DNA from: Nitrospiria bacterium
GTDB lineage: Bacteria > Nitrospirota > Nitrospiria > DASWJH01
Assembly (NCBI GenBank): GCA_036397255.1
Contig: DASWJH010000004.1
Location: 31-64,030 of the forward strand
Length of the DNA stretch: 64,000 nt
Direction: 5' to 3'
A model generated the notes under the pieces. The model was not told where the DNA came from, did no database searches, and saw only the letters and a program-made list of their open reading frames with translations. Position 1 is the stretch's first letter, and each line of letters opens with the position of its first letter. Position numbers and translations under genes: made by a program. This document shows, one piece after another, positions 43,457 to 52,738 of the stretch.

Positions 43457-44959
43457 TTAAATTTTCGAAACAGGGAGATGAAAGCTAAAAGTCGTCCCCT
43501 GATTGATTTGGCTTTTGACCGCCATGGAGGTTCCGTGGAGCTCCATGATCCGTTTGGTAATGGCCAAACCTAGGCCGGATCCTTCCCCTCCGCTTGCATT
43601 ACCTTGGGTTGCACGGTAAAAGCGGTGGAAGATATAAGGGATTTCTTCGGGGGGGATCCCGCAGCCCGTATCGGACACCTCAATGGTAATCTCCCCGTTG
43701 GCTTTTACGTTGAACCTTTTATCGGTTTTCGAAAGTTGGATTGAAATGGTTCCTGCCTCTGGGGTAAAACGAAGGGCGTTTTCAATTAAATTCCCAAGGA
43801 CCCGTTCAATGAGCCCTATATCGGCGTAAACAAAAGGAAGCTCTTGGTCGAGGTTGGTTTGAATATGAACCCCTTTTTTCTCTGAAGCCAGTTTAAACTT
43901 TTGAACCACATCCTGAACAAGCTCACAAATGGAAAAAGGTTCAAGATGTGGTTGGGTTTCATGGGAATCCAGGCGTGCCAATTCAAACAGCTCGGAGATG
44001 AGTTTTCCTAAACGTTCACAATGGCGTGTGGCGATTTCTAAATATTCACGTTGTTCTTCCGGTGAGAGTTTTCCTTCCTTGAGATGCAGGGTCTCAAGAT
44101 AGCCCTGAAGGGCTGCCAAGGGAGTTCGAAGATCATGGGAAACATTGGCCACCAACTGTCGGCGAAGGGAATCGATCTCTTTGAGTTTGTTCATTTGGAT
44201 TTGGATTCGCTGTGCCATTTCATGAAAGGCGGACCCCAGCCGGTCAATTTCATCCCCCGATTTTGTGTTAAGGGGTGCTGGAAATTCCAGGGGTTTTAAA
44301 AAATTTCCCCGCTGAAATTCCTCCAACCCATGGGTTAGGCGGGTGAGCCTTCGGGTGAGGAGATTAAAAATCAACAGCCCGGCTACGAGAATGAAAAAAA
44401 TCCCTCCCATGAGGGCCCATGTGCTTAATTTTAAAATATAACTTCCTTGAAGCATTTGAGCAGTAGAATCAAAGGCTTCTCCCCCTAGAATGACATATAA
44501 ATAACCTTGAAGCTCATTGTCTTTGAAGATCGGGGCGACGGAGAATACTTTTTGCCGAGATTTCCCCCGCGGATCATCCCCCAGCAGGGGGAAGTTGGTT
44601 TCTTGATTTAAAAATTGGTGTATGGGTTGAAGGGAAATCTGTTTCCGTTTTACTTTTCCGGGGGGTGCGGAAAAAGCCAGTAGGGTTCCTTGAGGATCCA
44701 AGAGGTAAACTTCAATGGTGGGATTAATTACCATCAGCATATGAAAGATTTCTTTTAAAGCTTCATTATTGGCTTTTCCATCCGATATGAGGATTTTTTC
44801 CGTTACCATGTGATTGGCCAGTGACCGGTTCAGCTTTTGATTGACCTCCATCAGAAACAACCGCGTGGTCCAAAAGGTCAGCCCGATATAAAGGGTTCCC
44901 AGGAGAAGCAGCAATGCGAAAAAAGAGACGGCTAATTTTCCATAGAGGGTTTTAAGCAT
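43457..44959 (-). CDS. Sensor histidine kinase (two TM helices, periplasmic sensor, HAMP, HisKA, HATPase)
   Basis: 500 aa. H-box SHDLRTPL, N-box, and G-boxes DTGCGI and GSGLGL. Confidence 0.92.
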   Translation of the reverse strand: MLKTLYGKLAVSFFALLLLLGTLYIGLTFWTTRLFLMEVNQKLNRSLANHMVTEKILISDGKANNEALKEIFHMLMVINPTIEVYLLDPQGTLLAFSAPPGKVKRKQISLQPIHQFLNQETNFPLLGDDPRGKSRQKVFSVAPIFKDNELQGYLYVILGGEAFDSTAQMLQGSYILKLSTWALMGGIFFILVAGLLIFNLLTRRLTRLTHGLEEFQRGNFLKPLEFPAPLNTKSGDEIDRLGSAFHEMAQRIQIQMNKLKEIDSLRRQLVANVSHDLRTPLAALQGYLETLHLKEGKLSPEEQREYLEIATRHCERLGKLISELFELARLDSHETQPHLEPFSICELVQDVVQKFKLASEKKGVHIQTNLDQELPFVYADIGLIERVLGNLIENALRFTPEAGTISIQLSKTDKRFNVKANGEITIEVSDTGCGIPPEEIPYIFHRFYRATQGNASGGEGSGLGLAITKRIMELHGTSMAVKSQINQGTTFSFHLPVSKI

Positions 44960-44961
44960 GG

Positions 44962-45690
44962 TTAGGTTCCGGAGAGACCTTCATCTTCACAAAATTTGTA
45001 GCCAATTCCCCAAACCGTCAGGATAAAGCGAGGTTTGGCCGGGTCCTTTTCAATTTTTGCACGCAGGCGATTGATATGGGAATTGACGGTGTGTTCGTAT
45101 CCATCGTGCCCATACCCCCAAACCAGATCCAATAGCTGTGTGCGGGTATATACCCTTCCGGGATGTTCTGCAAATTGGCGAAGTAAATCAAATTCTTTGG
45201 CGGTCAAATCCATCCCTTGTCCCTGGAGGGTCACTTTCCTTTTTTCGATATCGATGAAAAGTTCTCCGAATCGGATTTTTTTGGAAGGGTTGAAAGAAGC
45301 CTGGGTGCGGGTTGCGTCCATCCTTCTTAACAAGGCTTTCACACGGGCCAGAAGTTCCCGGATGCTAAAGGGTTTGGTCAGATAATCATCCGCTCCCACT
45401 TCCAAACCTAGGACCCGGTCCAGTTCTGAGGTTCTGGCCGTTAACATGAGGAGGGGAATATAGGTTTGTGAGGCCCTGAGATGGCGGCAAACTTCCAATC
45501 CCTCCATTTTTGGAAGCATGAGGTCGAGAATCACCAGGTCATATTCAAGGGTAAGGCCCTCATGAAGTCCCACCTCACCATCTAAGGCCACTTTTACCTC
45601 AAACCCCAAATCTTTGAGGTGAAGTTCTACCAGATTAGCAATATCCCGGTCGTCTTCAATGAGAAGGATTTTCCGTGCCATGACATTCAT
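44962..45690 (-). CDS. OmpR/PhoB-family response regulator
   Basis: Receiver domain (ILLIEDD, DLVILDLMLP, TAR) plus a winged-helix domain (LT.KEFDLL...A..PGRV..R..L). An alternative start is at 45681. Confidence 0.93.
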   Translation of the reverse strand: MNVMARKILLIEDDRDIANLVELHLKDLGFEVKVALDGEVGLHEGLTLEYDLVILDLMLPKMEGLEVCRHLRASQTYIPLLMLTARTSELDRVLGLEVGADDYLTKPFSIRELLARVKALLRRMDATRTQASFNPSKKIRFGELFIDIEKRKVTLQGQGMDLTAKEFDLLRQFAEHPGRVYTRTQLLDLVWGYGHDGYEHTVNSHINRLRAKIEKDPAKPRFILTVWGIGYKFCEDEGLSGT

Positions 45691-45870
45691 TAAGATTCAT
45701 AGGTTTTATTCTATGAAGAAAAAGATACCATGAGATTATCACAAAACCATCACGGGGATGGATAAAGGCACTTCCCCTTTAACGGGAGAGGTATTTTAAT
45801 TAAAAAAGAGGTGGCAATTTCGCTAAATCCTTTATAAAAACATAAAGGAATTCCCTGGGGTAAAACGGTT

Positions 45871-46119
45871 TTAACGTTTTTTCGTTTTGCTTTTTTTCCT
45901 TTGCGGGGTTCCTTTTTTAGCCTTTGTTTGTTTTTTTGAAGAGGTTTTTTTGACGGCTTTTTTTTTGGATGTTGAAGGGTTTTTTGGTTTTCTTTTGGGT
46001 GAAGGTTTGGAAGAAGGAGGGTTTGATAAGGACCAGTGATAGTGACAACGTTTGCAGTTCCAACGTTTTGTTTCCAGTGTATAAGAAACCGAAATCCAAT
46101 CACATTTTGGGCAGCGCAT
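45871..46119 (-). CDS. Zinc-ribbon protein with a lysine-rich, histone-H1-like C-terminal tail (hypothetical)
   Basis: Start at MRCPKCDW, preceded by the GGGAGGAG RBS. CPKC...CKRC, then about 45 aa of K/P/S-rich tail. Three overlapping frames are open here and only this one has an RBS. Confidence 0.55.
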   Translation of the reverse strand: MRCPKCDWISVSYTLETKRWNCKRCHYHWSLSNPPSSKPSPKRKPKNPSTSKKKAVKKTSSKKQTKAKKGTPQRKKSKTKKR

Positions 46120-46312
46120 TAAACTCCTCCCTTGGTAGTTAAGTCTATTGTGCAAATGTTTTATATCACATTCACCAAATCCTTGTCATTAGTGAGGGGG
46201 CAGACCTTCGGGAAGGGTTCCTGGCAGACAATTTTTCCAGATCTCCATTTATCTGAGAAGATGGGAAAAGGAAGAGGAGGTATGTTATACTTCGGCCGGG
46301 AGAAGAGCGATT

Positions 46313-47659
46313 ATGGATCTTTTTGATAAGGAAAAGAAAGAGGATCTTTTGGCCCCCCTTGCGGATCGAATGCGCCCCCGGAGTCTAGAAGAATTTGTCG
46401 GACAGGAACATTTGGTTAGGGAGGGGGGGATTCTTTCCAAGATTGCGACTTGGAAACGACCTCCATCGATGATTTTTTGGGGTCCTCCCGGTTCAGGGAA
46501 AACAACCCTTGCGCAAATCATTGCTAAATCCTGCCGGTCTCATTTTGTATTTTTCTCTGCCGTTCTGGCCGGCGTGAAGAACCTTCGTGAGATGGTGGTG
46601 GAGGCTAAACACCGTGCGCGAACGGTTGGGCAAGCCACGCTTCTTTTTGTGGATGAAATTCATCGATTCAACAAGAGCCAGCAGGATGCTTTCCTTCCCC
46701 ATGTGGAAGATGGGACTTTGACGCTTTTGGGGGCAACCACCGAAAATCCAAGTTTTGAAGTGAACGCCCCTCTTCTTTCCCGCTGTAAGGTTTTGGTTCT
46801 TCGCCCCTTGCTGACCCAGGGTATCTCCAGAATTCTTAAGCGTGCTCTTGAGGATTCTGAGCGGGGGTTGGGGGGAATGAAAGTGGTCTGTTCCCAAGAC
46901 CTTTTAGGGGAGATGGCGGAATGGGCTCAAGGAGATGCCCGGCGGGCATTAAACCTTCTTGAAACCGCGGTTTTAATAACTCCTGAAAAAGAGGGAAAAC
47001 GGGTACTTGCGAAAAATGGGATAAAGGAAGCGGCCCAAGAACGTCCCCTTTTGTTCGATAAGGATCGGGAAGAACATTATCATGTGATTTCAGCCTTTAT
47101 TAAGAGCATGCGCGGAAGCGATCCCGATGCAGCGATTTATTGGTTAGCTCGAATGTTGGAATCCGGGGAAGATCCTCTCTTTATTGCCAGACGGATGATC
47201 ATCTTTGCATCTGAAGATGTGGGCAATGCTGATCCCCAAGCCCTTCCATTGGCGGTTGCAGGTCTTCATGCCTTTCAAGCGGTAGGTCTTCCCGAGGGGT
47301 GGATCCCTTTAAGCCAGGTAGTAACCTATTTATCCTCTGCTCCCAAAAGTAATGCAAGCTATTTGGCGTATCAAAAGGCAGTTAATCGGGTGAAGGAAAA
47401 AGGGAGCCTTTCCGTTCCCCTTCATCTTCGAAATCCCTCAACCCGCCTGATGAAAGGCATGGGCTACGGAAAAGAATATCAATACCCCCATGATTTTCCG
47501 GATCAGTGGGTTTCTCAGGATTACCTTCCGCAAGAATTGGTTGGGGAGAAGTATTACATTCCCGGGGATTCCGGGGTGGAAGGTGAGATCAAAAAAAGAT
47601 TGGAAAATCGGGGATTGGAAAACAAACATTCAGAAAGTTCAGCGGGGGAAACGATTTAA
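46313..47659 (+). CDS. rarA: Replication-associated recombination protein A (RarA/MgsA)
   Basis: 448 aa. Walker A GPPGSGKTT, Walker B LFVDEIHRFNK, and the C-terminal MgsA domain. Confidence 0.95.
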   Translation: MDLFDKEKKEDLLAPLADRMRPRSLEEFVGQEHLVREGGILSKIATWKRPPSMIFWGPPGSGKTTLAQIIAKSCRSHFVFFSAVLAGVKNLREMVVEAKHRARTVGQATLLFVDEIHRFNKSQQDAFLPHVEDGTLTLLGATTENPSFEVNAPLLSRCKVLVLRPLLTQGISRILKRALEDSERGLGGMKVVCSQDLLGEMAEWAQGDARRALNLLETAVLITPEKEGKRVLAKNGIKEAAQERPLLFDKDREEHYHVISAFIKSMRGSDPDAAIYWLARMLESGEDPLFIARRMIIFASEDVGNADPQALPLAVAGLHAFQAVGLPEGWIPLSQVVTYLSSAPKSNASYLAYQKAVNRVKEKGSLSVPLHLRNPSTRLMKGMGYGKEYQYPHDFPDQWVSQDYLPQELVGEKYYIPGDSGVEGEIKKRLENRGLENKHSESSAGETI

Positions 47660-47718
47660 AGGGTTTTGAAGGAGTGATGGATGATTGAAGGGTTTTTGCC
47701 GGTCATCACCACACACGT

Positions 47719-47901
47719 TTATGCGTGACCCCCATGACCTTCGATTTGCTGAAGATAAAAGGAAACACATTTGTTACATGCCCCATTGGCTTCCACCCAT
47801 TCCGGGTGTTGGCGTTTAATTTCATTCATGACCCCTTCTAAAAGGCTTTTCTCTAGGCCGCTTTCTATTTCTTCTTGGCAAATCGGGCATTTGATTTTCA
47901 T
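47719..47901 (-). CDS. Small CxxC...CxxC zinc-binding protein (hypothetical)
   Basis: 60 aa, CPIC...CNKC. Plausible RBS AAAGGGA. Confidence 0.4.
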   Translation of the reverse strand: MKIKCPICQEEIESGLEKSLLEGVMNEIKRQHPEWVEANGACNKCVSFYLQQIEGHGGHA

Positions 47902-47943
47902 GAAAAATCCCTTTATTTTCCTTAATGACCCGCCGTCTGAGGT

Positions 47944-48138
47944 TTAACCGGTGACGGGTCCGTAGGGAGAATCCCCACAGTCCAAGCAGACATAGTCGCC
48001 ATCAAAAAAAAGCGTAGGCTCTCCACAAAAGGGGCAAGGGGAACCTTCTTTTTTTGGAATATTTAAGGGGGGAAGTTCAAAATCTTCCGGATCTTCCACG
48101 TTAATGCCCTCCTGGGTAGAAATTAAAACCAGAGGCAT
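47944..48138 (-). CDS. Small zinc-ribbon protein (hypothetical, weak call)
   Basis: CPFC...CLDC. No convincing RBS for either candidate start (48138 or 48204). Confidence 0.25.
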   Translation of the reverse strand: MPLVLISTQEGINVEDPEDFELPPLNIPKKEGSPCPFCGEPTLFFDGDYVCLDCGDSPYGPVTG

Positions 48139-48321
48139 TCTAACACATGGGAGGGGTAAATGATACCTGTGGAAAAGAGCGGTTCTTAGATCAGAACCTT
48201 TCAATTGAAGCTAGGGAGATCTTTTTGGGTATTCAATAAAAAAATAGAGAAGAGCGATCACAGAATTGCGATTGCCTGGGGGTTAAGGCAAAAAAATTAG
48301 GAGTTACAAAGACTTGGGGTC

Positions 48322-48350
48322 TTGCAATGTTTAAAAAACTAGACTATGAT
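48322..48350 (+). promoter_or_regulatory. Candidate promoter of the pheA-hisC-tyrA-aroA block
   Basis: TTGCAA (48322..48327), a 17-nt spacer, then TATGAT (48345..48350). This argues for the ATG at 48379 as the pheA start. Confidence 0.5.
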
Positions 48351-48378
48351 AGATCGTTTTGAAAGCGGTTGGAGAATC

Positions 48379-49458
48379 ATGAAAGGCCTGGATCAATACC
48401 GGCAGGAAATTGATAAAATCGACGAACAGATTCTGAAGCTTCTCAACAAAAGAGCTCGGGTCGTTCTGAATATTGCGAAAGTGAAAAGGGAGGGAAAGGT
48501 TTGCTTTCATGCTCCTCTTCGCGAAAAAGAGATTTTCTCCCGTTTAAGCCGGCTTAACCCCGGTCCTTTTCCTAAAGAAGCCCTGCGGGCTATTTTCCGA
48601 GAAATTATTTCCTCCTCCCTGGCCCTTGAAGCCCCGGTTCGGGTGTCCTATCTGGGGCCGGAGGCAACCTTTTCCCATCAAGCCTGTTTAAAACAGTTTG
48701 GGAGTGCGGCCCAACTGGTTCCTATGGGGAGCCTCCGAGAAGTTTTTGAAGAGGTGGAGCGTGGCCGGGCTGATTACGGGGTGGTGCCTATTGAGAACTC
48801 CACGGAAGGGGTGGTTAGCCATACATTAGATCTCTTTGTGGATTCACCGGCAAAAATCACGGGGGAGATTATTCAAAACATTTCTCATTTTTTGCTTTCA
48901 AAGACCGGAAAGCGACAAAAAATTAAAAAGCTCTATTCCCATCCCCAAGCGATTGCTCAGTGCGGTTCATGGCTTGAGGCGAACCTGAAAGGGGTAGAAG
49001 TGGTGGAAGTGGCCAGCACAGGAAAAGCTGCGGCCTTATCACAGAAGGATCCAAAAGCCGCTGCCATTGCCAGTGAACTAGCGGCGCCTCTTTACGGCCT
49101 TCGTGTGGTTGAACCCCACATTGAGGACCAAGCCAATAATGTCACCAGGTTTTTGGTTATTTCCATGACGGATCTTGGGAAGACGGAGGATGATAAGACG
49201 TCCATTCTCTTCTCGGTGAAAGACCGTGTGGGAGCCTTATATCACATGCTTCAACCTTTTTCCCAACACCATATTAACCTGAGCAAAATTGAATCCAGAC
49301 CCTCAAAGAAAAAACCTTGGGAATATATTTTTTATGTGGATTTAGAGGGGCATCAAGAGGATCAAACCGTGAAAAACGCCTTGAAGGAATTAGAAAAAGA
49401 ATGTCTATTTCTCAAAGTGCTAGGGTCCTATCCCAAAGGGCAGGTTACAGGCCCATGA
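48379..49458 (+). CDS. pheA: Bifunctional chorismate mutase / prephenate dehydratase (P-protein)
   Basis: CM_2 N-terminus (IDKIDEQILKLLNKRA), PDT domain and C-terminal ACT domain (ESRP motif). Confidence 0.93.
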   Translation: MKGLDQYRQEIDKIDEQILKLLNKRARVVLNIAKVKREGKVCFHAPLREKEIFSRLSRLNPGPFPKEALRAIFREIISSSLALEAPVRVSYLGPEATFSHQACLKQFGSAAQLVPMGSLREVFEEVERGRADYGVVPIENSTEGVVSHTLDLFVDSPAKITGEIIQNISHFLLSKTGKRQKIKKLYSHPQAIAQCGSWLEANLKGVEVVEVASTGKAAALSQKDPKAAAIASELAAPLYGLRVVEPHIEDQANNVTRFLVISMTDLGKTEDDKTSILFSVKDRVGALYHMLQPFSQHHINLSKIESRPSKKKPWEYIFYVDLEGHQEDQTVKNALKELEKECLFLKVLGSYPKGQVTGP

Positions 49459-50543
49459 AAAAAATTTCAGTGACCCGGGAGATCCAATCCATTCCCGTCT
49501 ATACCCCCGGAAAACCCATTGAAGAGGTGGAGCGGGAGTTGGGGATTCGGGGGTCCATCAAACTGGCCTCCAATGAGAATCCAAGGGGGCCGTCCAAAAG
49601 GGCACTTCGCGCAATCAAAGAGAGTTTAAAGGAGATCCATCGTTATCCGGAAAGCAACGGAGAACCGTTGGTATTAGCTCTGGCTAAGAAATGGCGCCTC
49701 AACCCCGAACAAATTTTATTGGGAAATGGGTCCAATGAAATTATTGAAATGTTGACCCGGACGCTTTTGGTTCCGGGGGATGAGACGATCTTTGCGGATT
49801 GGACCTTTTCGGTTTACCAAAGGATGGTTTTGGCTTCGAATGGGAAACCGGTCATTGTCCCTTTGAAACTGTTTCGCCATGATTTAACCGGAATGGCCGC
49901 TCGGATTTCAAGACGAACAAAAATTATTTTTATCTGTAACCCTAACAATCCCACTGGAACCTTTGTGACCAAAGAGGAAATGGACCGGTTTTTTGAACGG
50001 ATCCCGGACCGAGTCATTGTGGTAATGGATGAAGCCTACGGGGATTTTGTGACTCACCGTCAATGTGCCAAAGGGATCGGCTATCTGAGGGCCGGACGTA
50101 ATCTGGTGGTCCTACGGACCTTTTCAAAAGTTTATGGATTGGCGGGACTTCGCCTGGGGTATGGCATGGGATCAGAAGAGTTGGTGTCTTACATGAAGCG
50201 CGTCCGGCAGCCGTTTAATACCAGTCTTTTAGCGCAGCGGGGAGGGCTGGCTGCTCTTTCGGATGAAACCCATGTTCGAGAAAGCCTGCGTCTTAACCAA
50301 TTGGGCCGCCATTATCTTTACCAGGTGTTTGATTCCATGGGGGTTTTTTACCTTCCAACCCAGGCCAATTTTATTTTAATTCGAATTAAAGAAGGGGAAA
50401 CCGGGGTTTATGAAAAGCTTTTAAAAAAAGGGGTTATTGTCCGAAATTTGGGGGAAGGGTTTCTAAGAGTGACCATTGGGGTTCCTGAAGAAAACAAACG
50501 GTTCGAAAACGCTTTCCGGGAGGTCGTAGGGTGTGAGCAATAA
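49455..50543 (+). CDS. hisC: Histidinol-phosphate/aromatic aminotransferase
   Basis: Start at MKKISV with an ATGA overlap to pheA. Class II aminotransferase with PLP lysine context RTFSKVYGLAGLRLGY. Confidence 0.9.
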   Translation: MKKISVTREIQSIPVYTPGKPIEEVERELGIRGSIKLASNENPRGPSKRALRAIKESLKEIHRYPESNGEPLVLALAKKWRLNPEQILLGNGSNEIIEMLTRTLLVPGDETIFADWTFSVYQRMVLASNGKPVIVPLKLFRHDLTGMAARISRRTKIIFICNPNNPTGTFVTKEEMDRFFERIPDRVIVVMDEAYGDFVTHRQCAKGIGYLRAGRNLVVLRTFSKVYGLAGLRLGYGMGSEELVSYMKRVRQPFNTSLLAQRGGLAALSDETHVRESLRLNQLGRHYLYQVFDSMGVFYLPTQANFILIRIKEGETGVYEKLLKKGVIVRNLGEGFLRVTIGVPEENKRFENAFREVVGCEQ

Positions 50544-50580
50544 GGGCTCCTTTAACAAAATGATGAATGGCTGGGTTTAG

Positions 50581-51444
50581 ATGAAGCCGATTTTTAAAAA
50601 AGCATTAATTATTGGCGTAGGTCTCATTGGGGGTTCCCTTGCCCTTTCAGCACGGGCCAAAGGAGTGGTGAGAGAAATCGTTGGTTTGGGCCGGAGTCAG
50701 CGTTCACTTCAACGGGCCTTGGAATTGGGTGTGATCGATGCAGTGGCAAAGGATTTAAAAGAGGGGTTGCAAGGGACCGATTTGGTGGTTTTAGCCATGC
50801 CTGTTGGAAAATTTGAGGAATGGGCCCTTGCCCTTTCCCAGCACACCTTGGAAGGTGTTACCGTCACCGATGTGGGAAGTGTGAAGGGAAATTTAGTTAT
50901 TAAACTGGAGGAGATCCTAAAAGGAAAAGCCGTTTTCGTGGGTGGGCATCCCATTGCAGGAAAAGAAAAATCAGGAGTGGAAGCTTCTCAAGCCACCTTG
51001 TTTGAGGGAGCCTTGTGCATTTTAACGCCGACGCCACAGACCCCGCCGGAATCGTTAAAACGGGTTCAGAGTCTATGGGAAGGGGTTGGATCAAAGGTCT
51101 CAATCGTTGACCCTTTCCTTCATGACAAACTGCTGGCTTTGGTGAGTCATCTTCCCCATATGGTTGCCTATGCTCTGGTGAATGCCGTTTTGGATGCCGA
51201 TGTGGGGGGGCACGATCCCATTTTCTATTCGGGAGGGGGGTTCCGCGATTTTTCTCGTATTGCGGCAAGTTCAGAGGAAATGTGGGCGGATATCTGTCTT
51301 CAAAATCGGGATGCCTTGGTTGATATGCTCAACCTCTATCAAGAAAAGCTCAGCGAATTAAAAGAAAAAATCATCAATGGCAATAGGGAGGCTCTCTGCC
51401 AGACCTTTCATCGCGCAAAGGAAATGAGGGGGAAAATTGCCTGA
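50581..51444 (+). CDS. tyrA: Prephenate dehydrogenase
   Basis: 287 aa. Rossmann motif IIGVGLIGGS and the GGHPIAG motif. Confidence 0.88.
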   Translation: MKPIFKKALIIGVGLIGGSLALSARAKGVVREIVGLGRSQRSLQRALELGVIDAVAKDLKEGLQGTDLVVLAMPVGKFEEWALALSQHTLEGVTVTDVGSVKGNLVIKLEEILKGKAVFVGGHPIAGKEKSGVEASQATLFEGALCILTPTPQTPPESLKRVQSLWEGVGSKVSIVDPFLHDKLLALVSHLPHMVAYALVNAVLDADVGGHDPIFYSGGGFRDFSRIAASSEEMWADICLQNRDALVDMLNLYQEKLSELKEKIINGNREALCQTFHRAKEMRGKIA

Positions 51445-51460
51445 GATTGCTCGCGTCAGT

Positions 51461-52738
51461 ATGAAGGCCTGTAAGGGTTTGCAGGGGAGTCTTCAAGTTC
51501 AGGGGGATAAGTCGATCTCTCACCGGGTGGCCATGTTTGGGGCTTTGGCTCACGGGAAAACCATGATTGAGGGATTTCTTCCCGCTGATGACTGCTTGAG
51601 AACACTTTGGGCGTTGGAAGCTATGGGGGTTCGGGTGGATCGTGTGGACGAAACGTCTTTTGTGATTCAAGGGGCCGGACCGGTTGGATTACGTGAGCCG
51701 GAAGTGGTTTTGGATCTTGGAAACTCGGGAACTGGAATTCGGTTGCTGCTGGGGATGGTTTCTGGAAACACCTTTTTTTCCGTTTTAACGGGAGATAACT
51801 CTCTTCGAAGAAGGCCCATGGAAAGGGTGGTGGACCCTCTACGGAAAATGGGAGCGGACATTACCGGGCGGCAGGGAGGGCGTTTAGCGCCTTTGGCAGT
51901 TCAGGGCCGTGCGCTTCACGGCATTGAATATTCCCTTCCCGTTCCAAGCGCTCAGGTTAAATCCGCAATCCTCTTTGCGGGTTTCTCTGCGGAAGGGACA
52001 ACCTCAATCATTGAAACTCAGCCCACCCGAGACCATACGGAAAGATTATTAAGGGGTTTTGGGGGCCGGATTGATACCGAAGGAACCACAATTCGAATTT
52101 GGGGGGAACAGAGGCTTGAAGGACAACATGTTGTGGTTCCGGGAGATCTGTCTTCTGCCGCATTTTTCCTGGTTGGGGGAAGCATTGTTCCAAATTCTGA
52201 TATTTTTATACAAAATGTGGGAATTAACCCCACCCGTACTGGAATTTTAGATGCCCTAATGGGAATGGGAGCCGATATTACATTGGAGGACCAAAAGGAA
52301 ATCAGCGGGGAACTGATTGCCAACATTAGGGTAAGAAGCGCTTCTCTGAAAGGATTTACTCTTCCCAAAGAATGGATTCCTCGTATCATAGACGAAATTC
52401 CCGTTTTGTGTATTGCTGCCGCCTGTGCAGAGGGTGAGACATTAATTCAAGGGGCGGGTGAGCTTCGGGTAAAAGAGAGCGATCGCATTTCAGCCATGGC
52501 AGAGGGGTTAAGAAGGATCGGTATCGAAATCGAAGAATTCCCGGATGGGCTAAGGGTTTTGGGAAAAAGGTCTATCAAAGGGGGGTGGGTAGAGAGTTAT
52601 GGAGACCACCGCGTGGCGATGTCTTTTTTAATTGCAGGGCTTGTTGCTGAGGGTGAGATTGTGGTTGGAGGAACAGGATGTATTGACACCTCTTTTCCGA
52701 AGTTTACCCCCTTGTTGAAGGGATTGATGATTCATTAA
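51461..52738 (+). CDS. aroA: 3-phosphoshikimate 1-carboxyvinyltransferase (EPSP synthase)
   Basis: GDKSISHR and LGNSGTGIRLL motifs. The ATG at 51461 is preferred over the TTG at 51437. Confidence 0.95.
   Translation: MKACKGLQGSLQVQGDKSISHRVAMFGALAHGKTMIEGFLPADDCLRTLWALEAMGVRVDRVDETSFVIQGAGPVGLREPEVVLDLGNSGTGIRLLLGMVSGNTFFSVLTGDNSLRRRPMERVVDPLRKMGADITGRQGGRLAPLAVQGRALHGIEYSLPVPSAQVKSAILFAGFSAEGTTSIIETQPTRDHTERLLRGFGGRIDTEGTTIRIWGEQRLEGQHVVVPGDLSSAAFFLVGGSIVPNSDIFIQNVGINPTRTGILDALMGMGADITLEDQKEISGELIANIRVRSASLKGFTLPKEWIPRIIDEIPVLCIAAACAEGETLIQGAGELRVKESDRISAMAEGLRRIGIEIEEFPDGLRVLGKRSIKGGWVESYGDHRVAMSFLIAGLVAEGEIVVGGTGCIDTSFPKFTPLLKGLMIH

Noticed and set aside
45750-46103. Alternative 117-aa and 60-aa frames over the lysine-rich region
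   Set aside because: Low-complexity DNA keeps all frames open. Only the frame starting MRCPKCDW has an RBS and a structured domain.
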